Below are positions 1 through 16,792 of a DNA stretch of 64,000 bases, one piece after another. The first letter of the stretch is position 1; every line of letters begins with the position of its first letter. The stretch is from the NCBI RefSeq assembly GCF_009914755.1, contig NC_060927.1; one strand, written 5' to 3'. The DNA comes from the human T2T-CHM13v2.0 reference genome, Homo sapiens. Under the pieces are notes generated by a model. It did not search any database. It was not told where the DNA came from and saw only the letters and a list, made by a program, of their open reading frames with translations. A program made the position numbers and the translations under genes.

Positions 1-184
1 AATATTGTTTGGCCTATTCTGTCATTTCCTTAATTATATGAAATGTCCTACACGTATTTGGTCATCATATCTGCCTCTGTTACCAAGATATAAGTAAACC
101 ATTCTGGGCTACTGCAATAGCCTCCTATTTGGTCTTTCATCAGTCTCCCCTCCAATAATCTATAATTTATAAAAGTTTATGAAA

Positions 185-509
185 CACTTTTTGATGTGGA
201 CATTTAAGGCTATGAACTTTCCCCTTAGTACCGCCTTTGCTGTATCCCAGAGATTTTCATAGCTTGTGTCACTATTGTCGTTCAGGTAGAAGAATTTTTA
301 AATTTCCATCTTGATTTCATTGTTGGCCCAATGATCATTCAGGAGTGTGCTATATAATTTCCATGTATTTGCATGGTTTTGAAGGTTCCTTTTGGAATTG
401 ATTTCCAATTTTATTCCACTGTGGTCTGAGAGAGTACTTGATATAATTTCAATGTGGAACAGATCTAAATGTCCATCAATCAACGAGTGGATAAAGAAAC
501 TGTGGTGTG

Positions 510-545
<36 letters not shown>

Positions 546-1035
546 TATATACACACATATATATATGATGGAATATGGATATATACATGTGGCATATACA
601 TACATATATATGATGGAATATATATATATGTGGTATATACATACATATATATGATGGAATACTACTCAGCCATAAAAAGGAATGAATGCATGGCATTCAC
701 ACCAACCTGTATGGGATTGGTGACTATTATTCTAAGAGAAGTAACTCAGGAATGGAAAACAAAACATTGTATGTTCTCACTCATAAGTGGGAGCTGAGCT
801 ATGAGGATGCAAAGGCATAAGGATGACACAATAAACTTCAGGGACTCAGGGGGTAAGGATGGGAAGTAGGTAAGGGATAAAAGACTACAAATTGGGTTCA
901 GTGTATACTGCTCAGGTGATGGTTGCACCAAAATCTCACAAATCACCACTAAATAACTTACTCATGTAACTGAACACCACCTGTTCCCCAAAATCCTATG
1001 GAAATAAAAAAATGGAAAAAAGAATGCAATATAAA
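185..1035 (+). mobile_element. L1 (L1PB-like), 5'-truncated with 5' inversion
   Basis: 185-453 is antisense ORF2 sequence (IISSTLSDHSGIKLEIN...NTWKL...LLNDHW). 454-1035 is sense ORF2 C-terminus/3'UTR with an A-rich tail. TSD aaaagtttatgaaa at 171-184 and 1036-1049. Confidence 0.88.
507..660. repeat. (TA)n/(CA)n compound microsatellite with repeated atatatgatggaata units inside the L1
   Basis: Directly visible. Confidence 0.9.
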
Positions 1036-1361
1036 AAAAGTTTATGAAAAAAATCTGATAGTGAAATCCCTCTACTTCAAATAATTTGGGACTTACTATC
1101 TATAGTCCAAATTTCTTACTATGTCATTCGTCAACAATCAGACTCCAAGCCAGAGCTCTAGCCCTGTCTATTCATGGCTCCCTGAAAAAGTCAGACAGCC
1201 CCTCATCTGTGCTTTTGCTCATGATGTTCCTTCTGCCTAGAGTGCCTTCTCCTTCCACCTTTCCAGACCCAGCTCAAATGCCACTTCCTGGGTAAAGCTT
1301 TCTTTGACAGTCGCTGGATGGACAATAATTCTCTCCACTACATTCACATGTAGTTTATTCT

Positions 1362-1510
1362 TTTTTAATTTTCTTTCTTTTTTTTTTTTTTGTAGAGATG
1401 GGGTCTTGTTTTGTTGCCCAGCCTGGTCTCAAACTCTTGGGCTCAAGTAATCCTCCTGCCTTGGCCTCCCAAAGTGCTGGGATTACAGGTGTGAGCCACC
1501 ACACCCAGCC
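1362..1510 (-). mobile_element. FLAM-type Alu monomer
   Basis: Single left-arm monomer with poly-T. ttattctt occurs on both flanks. Confidence 0.85.
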
Positions 1511-3964
1511 TTATTCTTACATTTACCTATTATTTGTGTATTTTTGTAGATGTCTCTACTATCAGATTCATACCTTTTGCAGACATGATTTGAGTCTAAT
1601 CCATCTTTCAGACTCAAGGCATTCAAGAAATATTTACTAAATAAAAAGTGAAGGAAGAGAAAGGAGAAGGAAGAAGTGGGAGGAATATGAATTATCAAGC
1701 AGTCTTCATGTACCCAGGAACTTGAGCTCCATGTTTCTTCCACAGAAGCAAAGAGACAAATCCTTGCATGACCTCCATACCCCTTTTACTAAGTATTTCC
1801 CTCATACACCCCAAACAAAATAAAAACAAAGAATTAGTCACTCAAAATCTCCCTATGACAAATTCTCAGATAAATGCTACCATTCTATGTTATCTCAATT
1901 TCTCTAGAGTTTTGCTTTTGAATAACTAGTGATTCTGTGTCACTCTCTGGTATATTAATTTAAAACGAATCTCCTCTTCACCTCCCCTCCAGCCATAAAA
2001 TTCTACATATGGTGCTGGCACATTTACCTACTAAGCATATACTTTTGATTCTTCTTCTCCTCCTCTTAAGTGTTCGTTAAAAAGTTTTAAAATTATTTAT
2101 GAAGTATTTCTGGGGGGGAATATTTTCTTTATTCTTAAGTATACAAAAATTATTTATCTATATCTGGAATCCAATAAAAAGATAAAATATTGCATTTCAT
2201 TATTTACATAATACATGCAAGTACAAGTTGTGTGCATCAGCATCTCAATATTTAAGTTGAAAAATGAATTTGAAAAGAAGACCTAAGAAAAAAATGTACA
2301 TAGTTATAACAATTTAAATATAAAAATTAGGCTTCATCCACAAATAGCATGAGTTAGATTTTTCATATGATAACAATAAAATATACAACTTTTTAATTTA
2401 ATTTTAAGTCAAATTTATGCTTAAAATGTTTATATAATTTTTCTCAAATCAAGAAAGGTTAAGATGAATGGGATAGTATAATCTCATGTCTGAATTACAT
2501 TGTTTATAAAAATTTTATAAGATAAATCTTATAAATCACTTATAATTTTCTCCAAACATTTAAAGAGAATACATTGTTAGCAAACATTTGAAAGGACCTT
2601 CAAAATAAAATCAATCTGGTTGAATTTCAACAATAATTAAAATGAAAAACAATAGCTAAGTAACAAGTACTGAAAAGAAGCCTGGGAAATCTACCTTGTC
2701 CCATCCTCTGAAATATTACTAGATTCCAGATACCTTAACCTCGACAGCCACTCTATAAGTGGCCAAGCGGTCTGGTCACATGAGGGTGGACTCAGCCCCC
2801 TGGACACACACATATGTTGGTGGGAAGTTACCCCACACCCTTTGTCTCCCACAAAAGTTATTGGGTCTTAAAACTGCTAGATTTGGTAAATCAGGCTTAC
2901 TCTAAATCTTTAGTGATATCAAAACTGAACAGTTACTAAGGAGCTGGCAAAAATACATAGAGTAAATCTATGTAGGAGATTTGTTTTCTTTGAAAAACTA
3001 CTGCTTGCTCAGTTCATTCCTGGATGAAGGTGGACGAGTAGACAGAGCTGTTTCCTAAAAGCTGAAGTTGCGATTTCCTGAGGGAGAAGGCTTATCACTT
3101 AAAAGAGTTACCGATTTTTCTCGGTAAAATGACAGCTATTTGTTGATCTACATAATGTGTTTTCTTCTTCGGCAATAATTTTCAGCTTCTCTACATATAG
3201 ATGCTTTTGCACACAAGAAATTCAAACCAATATATAATTTATAAGACTTTTACAAAAAAATTGCAAATACAAAAAAGAGAACAATCACATTTAATATCCT
3301 ATTACAACCAACTAAACGTTTGCTATCGATACCATCCCATGTTTGGTAGTACACTGAAAAACCACAGAAAAAATGTTTTATATGAGTGAGGTCAGTATTT
3401 TCACAGGCGGCACCTTAGCTCATTCTAACAAAAATTCTGGTATATTAATCCAAGAGAGCCTCACCTATCTGTGCCTTTCACATGGTAAAGTTCAATAAAT
3501 ACTTGGGTAATTAAGGATTAAATATCTATAGGCTCAGCTCCAGACCCTAGAGTGTCTTCTGAATAAACCATACCAAGAAGAAAAAATCTATGATGACACA
3601 GTCTTGGTTTCTCTACTGGGACATTGCTAAGATGTGGGTTTCCAATAAAAGGATATTGCTACCTTCAATATGAGGCCTAGTTAACTGACCAACCCCACTG
3701 AGTAAGCATCTTTTGACATTTCACTGATTTCAGGACTAGAAAAAATGGAAAGTTCACAGTCCCTAGAAATCTTCTTCTAGTCTCAGTGTAAATCTTATAT
3801 ATTTGATGGGATGTTTCAAACTTCTCCCATAAATGAATCTCCTCTTCACCTCCTCTCCAGCCAAACAGAACTTCTCTGTAAGATTTACAGCATGTTTACC
3901 TTTTCTTCTTTTCCCAGTCCTCCTCATGTTTATCTCTGTGTGTTAAAATTCTACCCATATCCTT

Positions 3965-4705
3965 AGCAACCAAGATGCTGAAGGACACCAACTTTCAGAG
4001 GGCCAGTCAAAGAACCAACAAACAAATAGAGAGAAAATGTCCAGTTAAATAGAAGGAAATCTAGCGAGGGTGGGAAGAAATGTCTGGAGAAGAAAGGGTT
4101 TCAAGATGCAAGGTCATGAAAGTGAAATAGTGCTAACAGGCCAAGAAAGCTGATGGCCAGTAACTGACCATTGGCTCTAGCAAGGGGTAGACAACTGGAA
4201 ACATTTATGAGTGACATTTCAGAGCAGTGGTGTAGATGGAAATCCAATTAGCATGGATTGTGGAGAAAATTGGGGGTAAAGCTAGCCAGCAGGTAAAGCC
4301 AGCAAGTGTAGACAAGTTTTTTTTTTTTTTCTTCTTCTTCTTTTTAAGTTGTGGTAACGGAGAAGTGAGGTGAAAGGTGGTTTACTTGTTTTAAGATGCA
4401 TGCATGAAGGCTGTGCTGATGGCAATCACGTGGTGGCTATGGAGAAACTGATGACATAGGAAAACAGAAAAAAAGGATAGTTCCAAGCATGAAGTCCTTA
4501 TGAAGGCTAGCGGAAATAGGTCAGATCCAGGGATTTAGTCAAAAATGTTGAACTTGCATTGTTCTTACATAGAGATTTATTATTATTGTTATCATTATTA
4601 TTATTTACTATTGAGAGAGGAAGAGAAGCAGATTTTGGCTCAGTGCATTGGAGGAATTGGTGGTAAGAGGATAGGATTATCCTCATCTGATCTATCTTGT
4701 TTTCT
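3965..4705 (-). mobile_element. L2 LINE remnant (approximate limits)
   Basis: Degenerate L2-like motifs, e.g. gaccattggctctagcaa...tttcagagcagtggtg. Confidence 0.55.
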
Positions 4706-6199
4706 TAGAAGTCATAGTACATAGGAAGATACAGAAGGGGTTCTAGTAAGCATCAGGTTCAACTTTCTTGCCTTGCATTTGGGGTAACCGAGTCACAGGA
4801 ATATCAAGTCAGTTCCTGAAGTCATAAAAATGTGAAAGTGTCCTTCATGAGGGTATCCAGGGTCATCTAGCCATGAAGCTTCCTCTCATCTTTTCCAGCA
4901 TTATAGTCATAGTGCTGTAATCAAGAGCACACGGTCCAAGGAGGGAGTGGTCACAGTTCCATCAAAGAGGCAACGACTTACAAGACAAAACATTTTGACT
5001 ATCTATATGTAGCCAATTCCCCTTCTCACATTAAAGTTCTTATTACTAACAATCCATATGAACAGCCATCATTCTCAAAAAAGCTATCTTCAGTTAAACA
5101 ACACATTGTCTGCCTGAAACGGGAATTTCCATGACCTCAAACTTGCCTTACATTCCAGCCCCTTGCTACAGCTTCCATTTTCACGCTTATGCATTGCTCA
5201 CACTTCATTAACTCCTGTTCATTGAGAAAAAATGTTGTTCTTTTAGCTGACCCGACCAGAACATCATAATCATATTACATGTAGGCTGCACACAGTCTTT
5301 TTAAATGACTTAAAGCAGAATAAATTAAATGAAGGAAAACAATTTATTAGAACAATTTTAATGAGTAAAATAATTTTGGCTTTTTTCCGGATTATAAAAC
5401 ACTTTCCACTAGCTTCTAAGATATTCATCAAATGTGAAGTATCTAATTTTCTCAATAAATACTATCATGTTACAGGATGACATGTTTGCATTGAAACTGA
5501 TGAACTAAGCAAATCCCTGTGACATTGACTTTAGCTATTACGGTTTGCTTCAGGCACTCAGATAGTATCCAAATATTTACTAGGTAAATGTTGAAATAAA
5601 TACCCTTCAAAGGGCCTACATTAATTTTGAAATGTCTTATTACAAGCCACAATAAACAGACTTTTCAATGCCAGTCCTTAAAAAGAATCTGTCACCTAGA
5701 ATAAATATTGAATTAAAACTTAAAATATGTTTAAGTTCTTTCCTGGCAAATCAGTTAAATCCACTCGTAGTTCTAGAAACATGTAAATCCAATCAGCTTC
5801 CATACTAATTCTGAATAACATTAATCACTAAGCAAATATTAGTTAATAGCCACTATAAACAGTAGCAGAAAAGTTAAAAATAAGGCAATTAATTGTATTC
5901 CAAATCATTCCAATGAAGAATGTAAAAGCACAATTGTGCTGTTTTACTCCTTTCCATTTGAGGAAAGATCATAGTCACCAACTTATTGTGCTATTCATGG
6001 GTTTTTCCTAGGCACATACATATTGAAATCAAAAAGAAAAAGCTGCAGATGTTAAAGAGTCATTTGAGAGTGATGAAAAAGAACATTTCTTTTTAGTATC
6101 TAGGATTCACGTCAAATTAGTTCTGGTAAGTCTGTTGATCTCAGCTATGATTATAGGTGATCAATAATTGAAAGGACAATGAGGAACTGGGAACAGTAC

Positions 6200-7300
<1,101 letters not shown>

Positions 7301-8593
7301 TATTCCAGAGAAAGTAAATATCATTCTTAAATCACTATTGTAACAGTCTGGTATCAGAGTATCATATCTCCTGTACCATTTTAACTGCATTCATATCACT
7401 TTAAAAATCACAAAGTCACGTGGTATAAAAGAGGTAATAGAAACAGTAGTTTGTGATCAATGTGGTGAAAATATTTATTATCAGAATTTGGCACTAAAGA
7501 ACAGATACACCTAATTTGGAATTTTAGTCTTCATTAAATGGATGCTCACCTTGTGATTTCTAATCAATGTGCTTTTCTGTGTGTCTGTTATACTTCAATT
7601 AAAAAGATTACAAGTAACTCCAGCCTGTTATTTCCTAGATTCACAGCAAAGCTGGCAGGAAACCCAAGAGGTCATTTCCAACCTCTCATCCCATTTCTTC
7701 AGTTCCACAGATAAGAAGTGCTGTGATCCTTGAGTATCATTCCATTGCCACGCAGCCCTGATAAAAGCCCTCTTCCTCAAAATGAGCCATAAACAATCTG
7801 CTTGTTTTCAGCTTCCGGGCGATTCTGAGCTAATCAGTTACAGGCATGCTTGAGCATAGATGGTAAGAGGGTCATTAACCACCAAGGCCTAGAGTACATC
7901 CTGTCATTTGGCCTGGGAACTGTGGCTGCCACAGCAGCTCTGGTGGGCATGATTGAAGGTCGCTGACAGCAGTGTGCCCAGAAACTGCAGTGTGGTCAAG
8001 GATCATAGGCTGAGTGTAAATAGTAGGGCCAGAATTTCTAAGGCTCAGTTACGGCAAACTGAGTTTCATTTCAAAGCCAGTGGTATATATACATCCAATA
8101 AATGTATGCTTTTAAAAGAAGAGATGCTTGCAATAATGGAAATGATTCAACTGCAATCAAGGACTTTTGCTCTTTTTGTGCCAAGGCCATACCTCAAATG
8201 AGCTACAAATAAGGCTGTTTGGAGAATTATGTCTGCAGCTGTGTGAACTTTGCCTGAATTTTTAAAGTGATAAACAAAACTTAACAAATAACGCTTTAGG
8301 GGACAGTTCACTTTTTTGAGGAAGGATCAGCTATTGAAGCACATCATGCAGAATATCATTTGTCATTAGATTAAGAAATACTCTCGTATCAGTAAAAGAC
8401 AGGACACTTAAACTGTAAGTTAGGACACTTGGATTTTACCTTTGAGCCTTCATGTACAAGCTATATGACTCTAAATTATTTGATCTTGTGGTGTTTCAGT
8501 TTCTGGATTAGTAAAGTGTGATTGGATAACTTAATCTTGAGATCCCATTTATTCCAAAAATTGTGAATTTAAATCTAGAATACTATGATTCTT

Positions 8594-8897
8594 GGCCAGG
8601 TGCGGTGGCTCATGCCTGTAATCCCAGCACTTCGGGAGGTCGAGGTGAATGGATCACTTGAGGTCAGGAGTTCGAGACCTGCCTGGCCAACATGACGAAA
8701 CCTGGTCTCTATTAAAAATACAAAAAATTAGCCGGGTACAGTGGCATGCACCTGTAATCCAAGCTACTCCAGAAGCTGAGGCAGGAGAATCACTTGAACC
8801 CAGGAGGCGGAGGTTGTAGTGAGCCAAGATCGCACCACTGTACCCCAGCCTGAGTGACAGAGCGAGACTCTGTCTCAAAATAAATAAAATAAAGTAA
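8594..8897 (+). mobile_element. AluS
   Basis: Full dimer. TSD aatactatgattct at 8579-8592 and 8898-8911. Confidence 0.95.
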
Positions 8898-9535
8898 AAT
8901 ACTATGATTCTAAAGGTACAATTTCACACCAAAAGCATCACTGTAAAAAAAAAGATATCACCTAATTTATCATAACACAATGTAATTCCTAGATTTATTA
9001 CAGACCCAGTTCCATCTCATTATAACCAGAGGGGAAAAACTAAAAAGAGATGGAGGGTGCATGTACAACTGAATGTAAATTGAACATCTTCTTAACCAAT
9101 CTGTCTTTTGATTTTCAACAATTTGCTTTATGTCTTTTCTCTCACTTCCTTATGCATCCTCTAAGTTCTCTTTAATAGATTATAAAAATAAAATTAAGAA
9201 AGACCTGAAAGCACGAGAGAAGAAAATATACACAGATAATCAATCAAATACATGGTCAATGTGTACAGTTCAGTCTACGATCACTTCTTTTTGAAACTTC
9301 TTCTCTTAGTCAGAGGGGATTTGCTCTCTAACTTTGCACTGTGCTACTCTCAATTCTCCCTGAAGAACATCTGACCAACAGCACCTCCCTCAGCTATCAT
9401 TCATCCACTCCACTCACACCTTTTAGCATATAATGAGAGTGATGCTATGGCCAATACAGAGGCAAAACTGACAGAGATCCTGTTCTCAAGGAGTTCATAG
9501 TCTAGTAGTGAAGAAAAGGCTAGGATATGAAACTA

Positions 9536-9896
<361 letters not shown>

Positions 9897-10538
9897 AAGT
9901 GCACCAAGACAGATACACATAAAATCTCATGTGATTTCTGAGAAGGGAAATCTTCCTGGTAAACTACAGGAATTAGGGAAAGCTTCCCAAAATATATGGC
10001 ACTGGAGAAGTGCCTTGAAAACAAAGGTGGGATTTGGACATGTGGAGATTAAGAGGGAGAAACATCAAGAAAGAGAGAAGTGGAAGAGACATTTGGTATG
10101 TACTTAGGGTACCTGAAAAGGATTAATAGGAGATCAGGTTGAAAGATAGGTCGGGTCAGATCTTGAAAGCCTTGATTTTCAGATGAAGACAGTCACATCT
10201 GTGTCTACAGAGGACTCACTACAGGTTGTATTTTAGAGGAATAATGTGATTGAATTTTTACATTAGAAATGTATTAACTTCCCACAACTAACACTTTTTT
10301 CTGCAGATGTATCAACTACCTTTCAGAAAACTCCTCCAGGAAATTTGAGCATGGCTTTGTCTTGTACTCCTCATGGTAACACAAATGGTCACTCTTAGAC
10401 CTGAATTGGGCAGATTTCATTTCGTCTATTTAGTTCATATATTGGACAAATTTGGGCTTGTTTCTCCTGGGCTGAACCTTCAATGTCAGCAGTGGTGATT
10501 TCCAGCCATATTAAGATATGAAAAAAAAAAACCACCAA

Positions 10539-10575
10539 ACACACATGCACACACACACACACATACACACACACA
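10539..10575. repeat. Interrupted (CA)n microsatellite
   Basis: Directly visible. Confidence 0.9.
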
Positions 10576-13424
10576 GAAACAATTAAACACAAGTGTCCTT
10601 AATTTTGAGATATTTATGTGCTTTGGCAGGAGCACACTCTGGATTTTCAGGGCCAAGTGCTCCCTGCTTCCTGGAAACTTGACAAAAAAGAGAATGTGTT
10701 TGACCAAAAACTATCAAAAGCCAGAACATTCCCTGAAGTTCTTTGCTGGCTCTAGGAAATGGAACACTGGGCAATTCTTCAGTACAGTGCCAGGCTACCT
10801 TAATCATGGAAAGATGGGAAAGATGAGGCAGCTATTACTACAGCTGCAGCAAAGTGAGAATGCCTGCTCACTCATTCACATATCCACCTCCCTAGGTCTA
10901 TCTTGTGATCCCAGCATCCATGTGCTTTAGAATTAATATAAGCAGATCTGGGTTATTGACATTTGCCTGTGGTCCCAGAACCAAATAAAGCTGAATATTT
11001 TATAAGGTATTATAACCCACAATTCTAGCCTCACTCATCTGAGAAAAGGGAGACTCCTAGAGAAAGATGACATGTCCAAGCCCACATGGCTGCTTGGTGG
11101 AAACAGGGATTAGTAATGAGTTCTTCCAAGTCCAGGTAAGGACACACCACAGCCTTCTCTTATAAACACTGCAAAAAGTCTAGACTCTAACTCAGTAATG
11201 ATGATTCATTTTATCAATAATTTTGACTACCTCAAAGTAACTCTGATGACAAGCAAGTTAAAACTCCTCCAGCTTAGTCTTTTGGAGGAAAGGGTTTTTC
11301 ATTCTAAATGCTGGTTTACACACAGTACCATCTGCCTCAGGGTGTTACTAAAAACTTTTAAGCATCACCTATCTACTGCTGAGCCTTTCATTAGGCATTT
11401 GTAACTGAAAAGAAAAAAAATTTAAGGGAAAAACCAAAAAGAGGTAGAAAAACTTTCCTGACTGTTTTTAGCTTCAGTTGATTCTGACTTAATCCTACTG
11501 GCATGCATGATTCAATAGTTTATGTCAAACACAAATTCCAGCCCAGTGCCCTCCATCCGACATGTTCTCATTCCTGAGCCTGACAGCAGACCTGGTCTCC
11601 TAGCAACACTGAACATTTTCTCTGCCTAGTCATCTGTAGCAATTGGTTCTTTTTCATGGCTGTGCTCTTGTCTTCAGTCCAGACAAACCAAAAACCTTCC
11701 CTGTAATCAAAGGGGTCTGATGTCTAAAGTCAGACCTGGAAAATCAGTTGAAATTGAACTTATTTTCTTCCTTCCTAGGTCTCCACCTCCCTTTCTCTCC
11801 TTCTTTCTCTTTTTTACACACAAACATTTGTATGCACATGGACACACACACAAACCAGCAAAAGAATGGCCTGAAATCTGTCCTGGAGATGGGAATACTA
11901 TCTAGTACAACAAGCATAGAATTGTTCTTGTCTATTGAAGAAATCAGACAAGTCCCAGTGCCTCTTTGGTTACCTCATCATGTAGAAGGGAGATGATAAA
12001 TACTCAATTCAAAGTGTCATTGTGAGACTCAAAAGATACAATGAAGGATGAAAGGTTTTGTAACAATAATGGCTATACAGATTAATACAGTTATTACATT
12101 ATAAGCAGAGGAAATGTTTTTAGACATGTATTTAGGAAGAGATGCAACTACGCAAGCCTGTGAAAAAGTCACTACTCACTTAAGAACAAAGCTCTTATCA
12201 AGATATGAATGGAATTTATTCTCTTTAATCATCCAAATTTCAACTTGTACCAGAGCCTTCCTGGGACCCATAGAGAGTAATGATTGCAACTGATGAGGCA
12301 TATAAGACCAGGGATAGCAACATATCATTAAATTGAATAATTGTTGCATGACCCAAAACTGCTCCAACTGGCCCAAGGCAAATAAATCAAGGGCCCTTCC
12401 TATTGCTTTCAACATAGTTCAAGAGATGAAAGTATTGATGGGTAGCGACTCCAAATCCTCTCCATCCCCTTTCTCAAGGGCTAATGGAGTAGAACTAAAA
12501 TTTGTAAGTAGATAAGTTGAGGGAGTGAGACTTATTTAGCACTCAAAGTCCCTGGACTGTAAGCTCCACTAATCCAAAAATTATGTCTGTTTGTATTATT
12601 TTTTACTTATTGTATCTTCAGTGCTTAGGACAGTGCCTAGCATTTGATAGTCACTTGATAAACATTTGTTGGAAGATGGGACAAATTCAATAGTCAGGGC
12701 TATGAAATTGGTCATTTTAGCAGTTTTTACTGCATTTATGATGAATTTAATTAAAACTTACAGGTTACTATTAAACAAGAAAGTATATGTCAATCATTTA
12801 GTACTTAATAGGATTTCAATAAATGAAATCTGTTGTTTTATCTTCTACTATTATCAATTTCAACCATCACTCATTACCACCTACTAAAGGCAACTGATTA
12901 GAGGGAATTGTGTATGAGGAAACTTCTAATCAAGCAAAGGAGACCAACGAGCTATAATAGCCCCATGAGACAAGGGAGACATACTATGACCCAATGGCAT
13001 ATATATTCACAAACTGGAAAAGGACACAGAAATGTAGTGTTATTATCCTCACTCATAATCTCATAGGTAAGAAAAAATAGGCTCAGTTCCCTGAGCTCTA
13101 ACTGTATACCCAAACTTTTTATTTGTTTTTTATTTATTCTTTATAGGATCATCATTCTCTTCCTTCCCATGAAGACTTTGTTCTTCCAGGGAAGTAGCAA
13201 AGAAATCCGTGTGGATGCCCTAATGTTCTTAGTTAAGGGTGGAAGAGTGGTCAGACAGCTCCCTTGGGAAGTGCAGGAGGGTGAAAGGACTGTTTACACG
13301 AGACTGTATGCACAGTGGTTGACAGCATAGACTCTGGAGTCCACATGCTCCAATCCTAGCTCAGTCACTTGCTGGCTATGTAACCTCTGACATCAACATT
13401 CTATGACTTAATAATCCATATTTG

Positions 13425-13710
13425 AGCCAGGTGTGGTGGCTCACACCTGTAATTCCAGCCCTTTGGGAAGCTGAGGCAGGTGGGCCACCTAAGGTCAGGA
13501 GTTCAAGACCAGCCTGGCCAACATGGTGAAACCCTGTCTCTACTAAAAATATAAAAATTAGCTGGGCAGGGTGGTGCATTCCTATAATCCCAGCTACTCA
13601 GGAGGCTGAGGCAGGAGAATCACTTGAACCCAGGAGGTGGAGGTGGCAGTGAGCTGAGATCACGCCGCTGCACCAGCCTGGGTGACAAAGCAAGACTCTG
13701 TCTCAAAAAA

Positions 13711-13753
<43 letters not shown>
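13425..13753 (+). mobile_element. AluS with (TAAA)n tail, inserted in a MIR (about 13310-13840)
   Basis: Full dimer. MIR core ctgtaaagctggggacataatagtacctacc resumes after the tail. Confidence 0.93.
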
Positions 13754-13754
<1 letters not shown>

Positions 13755-14753
13755 CCTTATCTGTAAAGCTGGGGACATAATAGTACCTACCACAAAGAAG
13801 TATTGTGAGAATTGAGTTAGTATATGTAAGCACAGATGAATGATACATCAATTTAAATTTTACTAGTAGTAGGTTATGATTTGGCAGAATCATTTTAGAT
13901 ATATGCCAAAAGCTCATGAAACCTTATTTTCTTAATACCTGATATTTATGAATTGAAAGTCCACTAATGTCCCAAAACACAGAGACACTGCCCAGTGTGC
14001 ATCACCCTTTCCACCTTCTCAACAGAGTACCTAACACCACCACACCTGGGGCTAGCAACTGTTACACAGGAATGCATTAGCCATTGAACCTCCCCCTTCT
14101 TAATTCACTGATTTCAAGCTGTATATTACAGTGGTGAGAACCTTTACCTCAAAGCAGATAGAACTGACTTTAAATACTGGCTATCATTTACTAACTGTGA
14201 CCTAGGCAGTTAACCTGTCAGTGCCCAGTTTTCTCATCCATAAAAGGGGACAGGAGAGTATTAATGGCAATTTCAGAGATTTGTGATACATCATTTAAAT
14301 AACATAATATATGAAAAGTCATTAGGACAGTGCTTGTACAATAAAACTACTCAATGAATCATTGTTATTATAATAGAGTAGGAAAAGGCAAGTTATATAT
14401 TTCCCTTATTAAGTAGAGGCATAAAAAATTAGTGTGACAATTCAAAGTCATAAATGGGTAAGGAAAGTAACCGTAGAATCTTGAAAATCAGTTCAGAGGT
14501 GGCATAAGGGCCTGACAGATAAAAGGAAGAGCATAGACAAAAATCACAGACACATGTGTGAGCATGATGCATTGAGGCAAACCCAGTATTTGATTGGAGT
14601 TGGATAACAAGATACGGGCATAGCAGAGGGCACTGAGGCTACAGAGTAAGCCAGGCTTTAGTGTATGAAGGACCTTGAGTGCCATAGTAAGAGTTTTGGC
14701 CACACAACATCTGATCATGTTGGCATAGCCGGGAGAGAATTAAATTTGAGTGC

Positions 14754-15067
<314 letters not shown>

Positions 15068-16337
15068 GAGATTTGAGCATTTTTTCTAACCCCAACTGTA
15101 GATGGTGTCTGTAAATTTGAGAGGCAAACCATAAAAACATAACAAACAAAAGAAAAACATATGGCAACATCTGTAGTGGAGACATGAAAGAGAATGAAAT
15201 AAAAATAATGACTTTCCCATCTCTTGAATTCACAGAAACCCTCCAGAACCTCATAATTAAATAAAAAGAAATATGCTGCTCTTTCTTTCTGTCACAGACA
15301 ATAATTTACTTCCAAAGAAGTTCAGAGCTTAGATTACCATGTTTATGTGAACAGCTCTGGCTGATAGTCACACTCAGAATATCTAACGCTTACAGATACT
15401 CTGAGCAAACCCTTGGCTCTTCTCTTTGTTAGTGTCTCCAACTGTATAATAGAAAAAGCAGAAGTATTCCTGTCTTTTACATAGAACTAAAGAAATTATC
15501 AAATAAAATTATGAATATGTATCAATCTGTAAACTCTAAAGATTTTATGTGTTCTGTGATATTTATTATTATGGTTCGTTTGTGTAGGCAAGGTAGTTTG
15601 ACACATGGAAGCCTAGAAATAAAATAGAGATTATAGTATGAGGCACTTAAAGAGATAGAAGTCTTTAAGACTTTCTTATCTGAATTATTTTTCTTACTTT
15701 GGTATATAATTAAGGGCAAAAACAAGGTAGCTTCATGTTACCATCAACCCTAAAGTAAGTGGATTATTTTTAAAAAGGCTTTCCAAATTGAATTGTATGT
15801 ATGTAGTGTATCTTTACAATAATAAAATGAATATAAATGGAAAGAAAAAAGAATGATTTGGAAAAAAGAGAAAGGGCCTTCAAATTGTTTCAAGAAAATG
15901 AGTCTGATTTCTAAAAGTGTACTACCATCTAGTGTCGCCACTTTCTCCTCTTCAGGCCTGAGAGACAAAGTGACTAGTGACAAGTGACTACCGTTCCAGT
16001 CTGGAGGAGAGGCACTAAGAGACAGATGCCAGCATTGTTTCCATGCTAGCCCTGCATATTACTGTTTTGCATGCATTAACTTCCTCAAAACCCTTGAATG
16101 ATGAATTCAACCACTTCTATTTTAGAATACAAACTAAGTTATAATATGAAATGCAGACAAGTTGAAGAGTCAATCATAGGGCTGGGGCTGTAGGATGATA
16201 CCCAGCCACTCATTTTGGCAAAATTATAATTTATGAAGTATAAAAATGTGCTGAACAGCTAAGGCTTTCTGAGACATTAAACTTAAGGCATTCAGCTGTA
16301 CATGCTAAACATGGTTAAAACAATGGCCTTAGCTTGT

Positions 16338-16746
<409 letters not shown>

Positions 16747-16792
16747 TCATCTATAAAAAAAGACTAATAATAATGCCCACCCAAAGATTCTT

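Noticed and set aside
298-949. ORFs rich in Y/I/H/C
   Set aside because: They are translations of the TA/CA microsatellite and L1 remnants.
7842-7861. p53/p63 half-site aggcatgctt
   Set aside because: The adjacent second half-site is poor, and isolated half-sites are frequent by chance.
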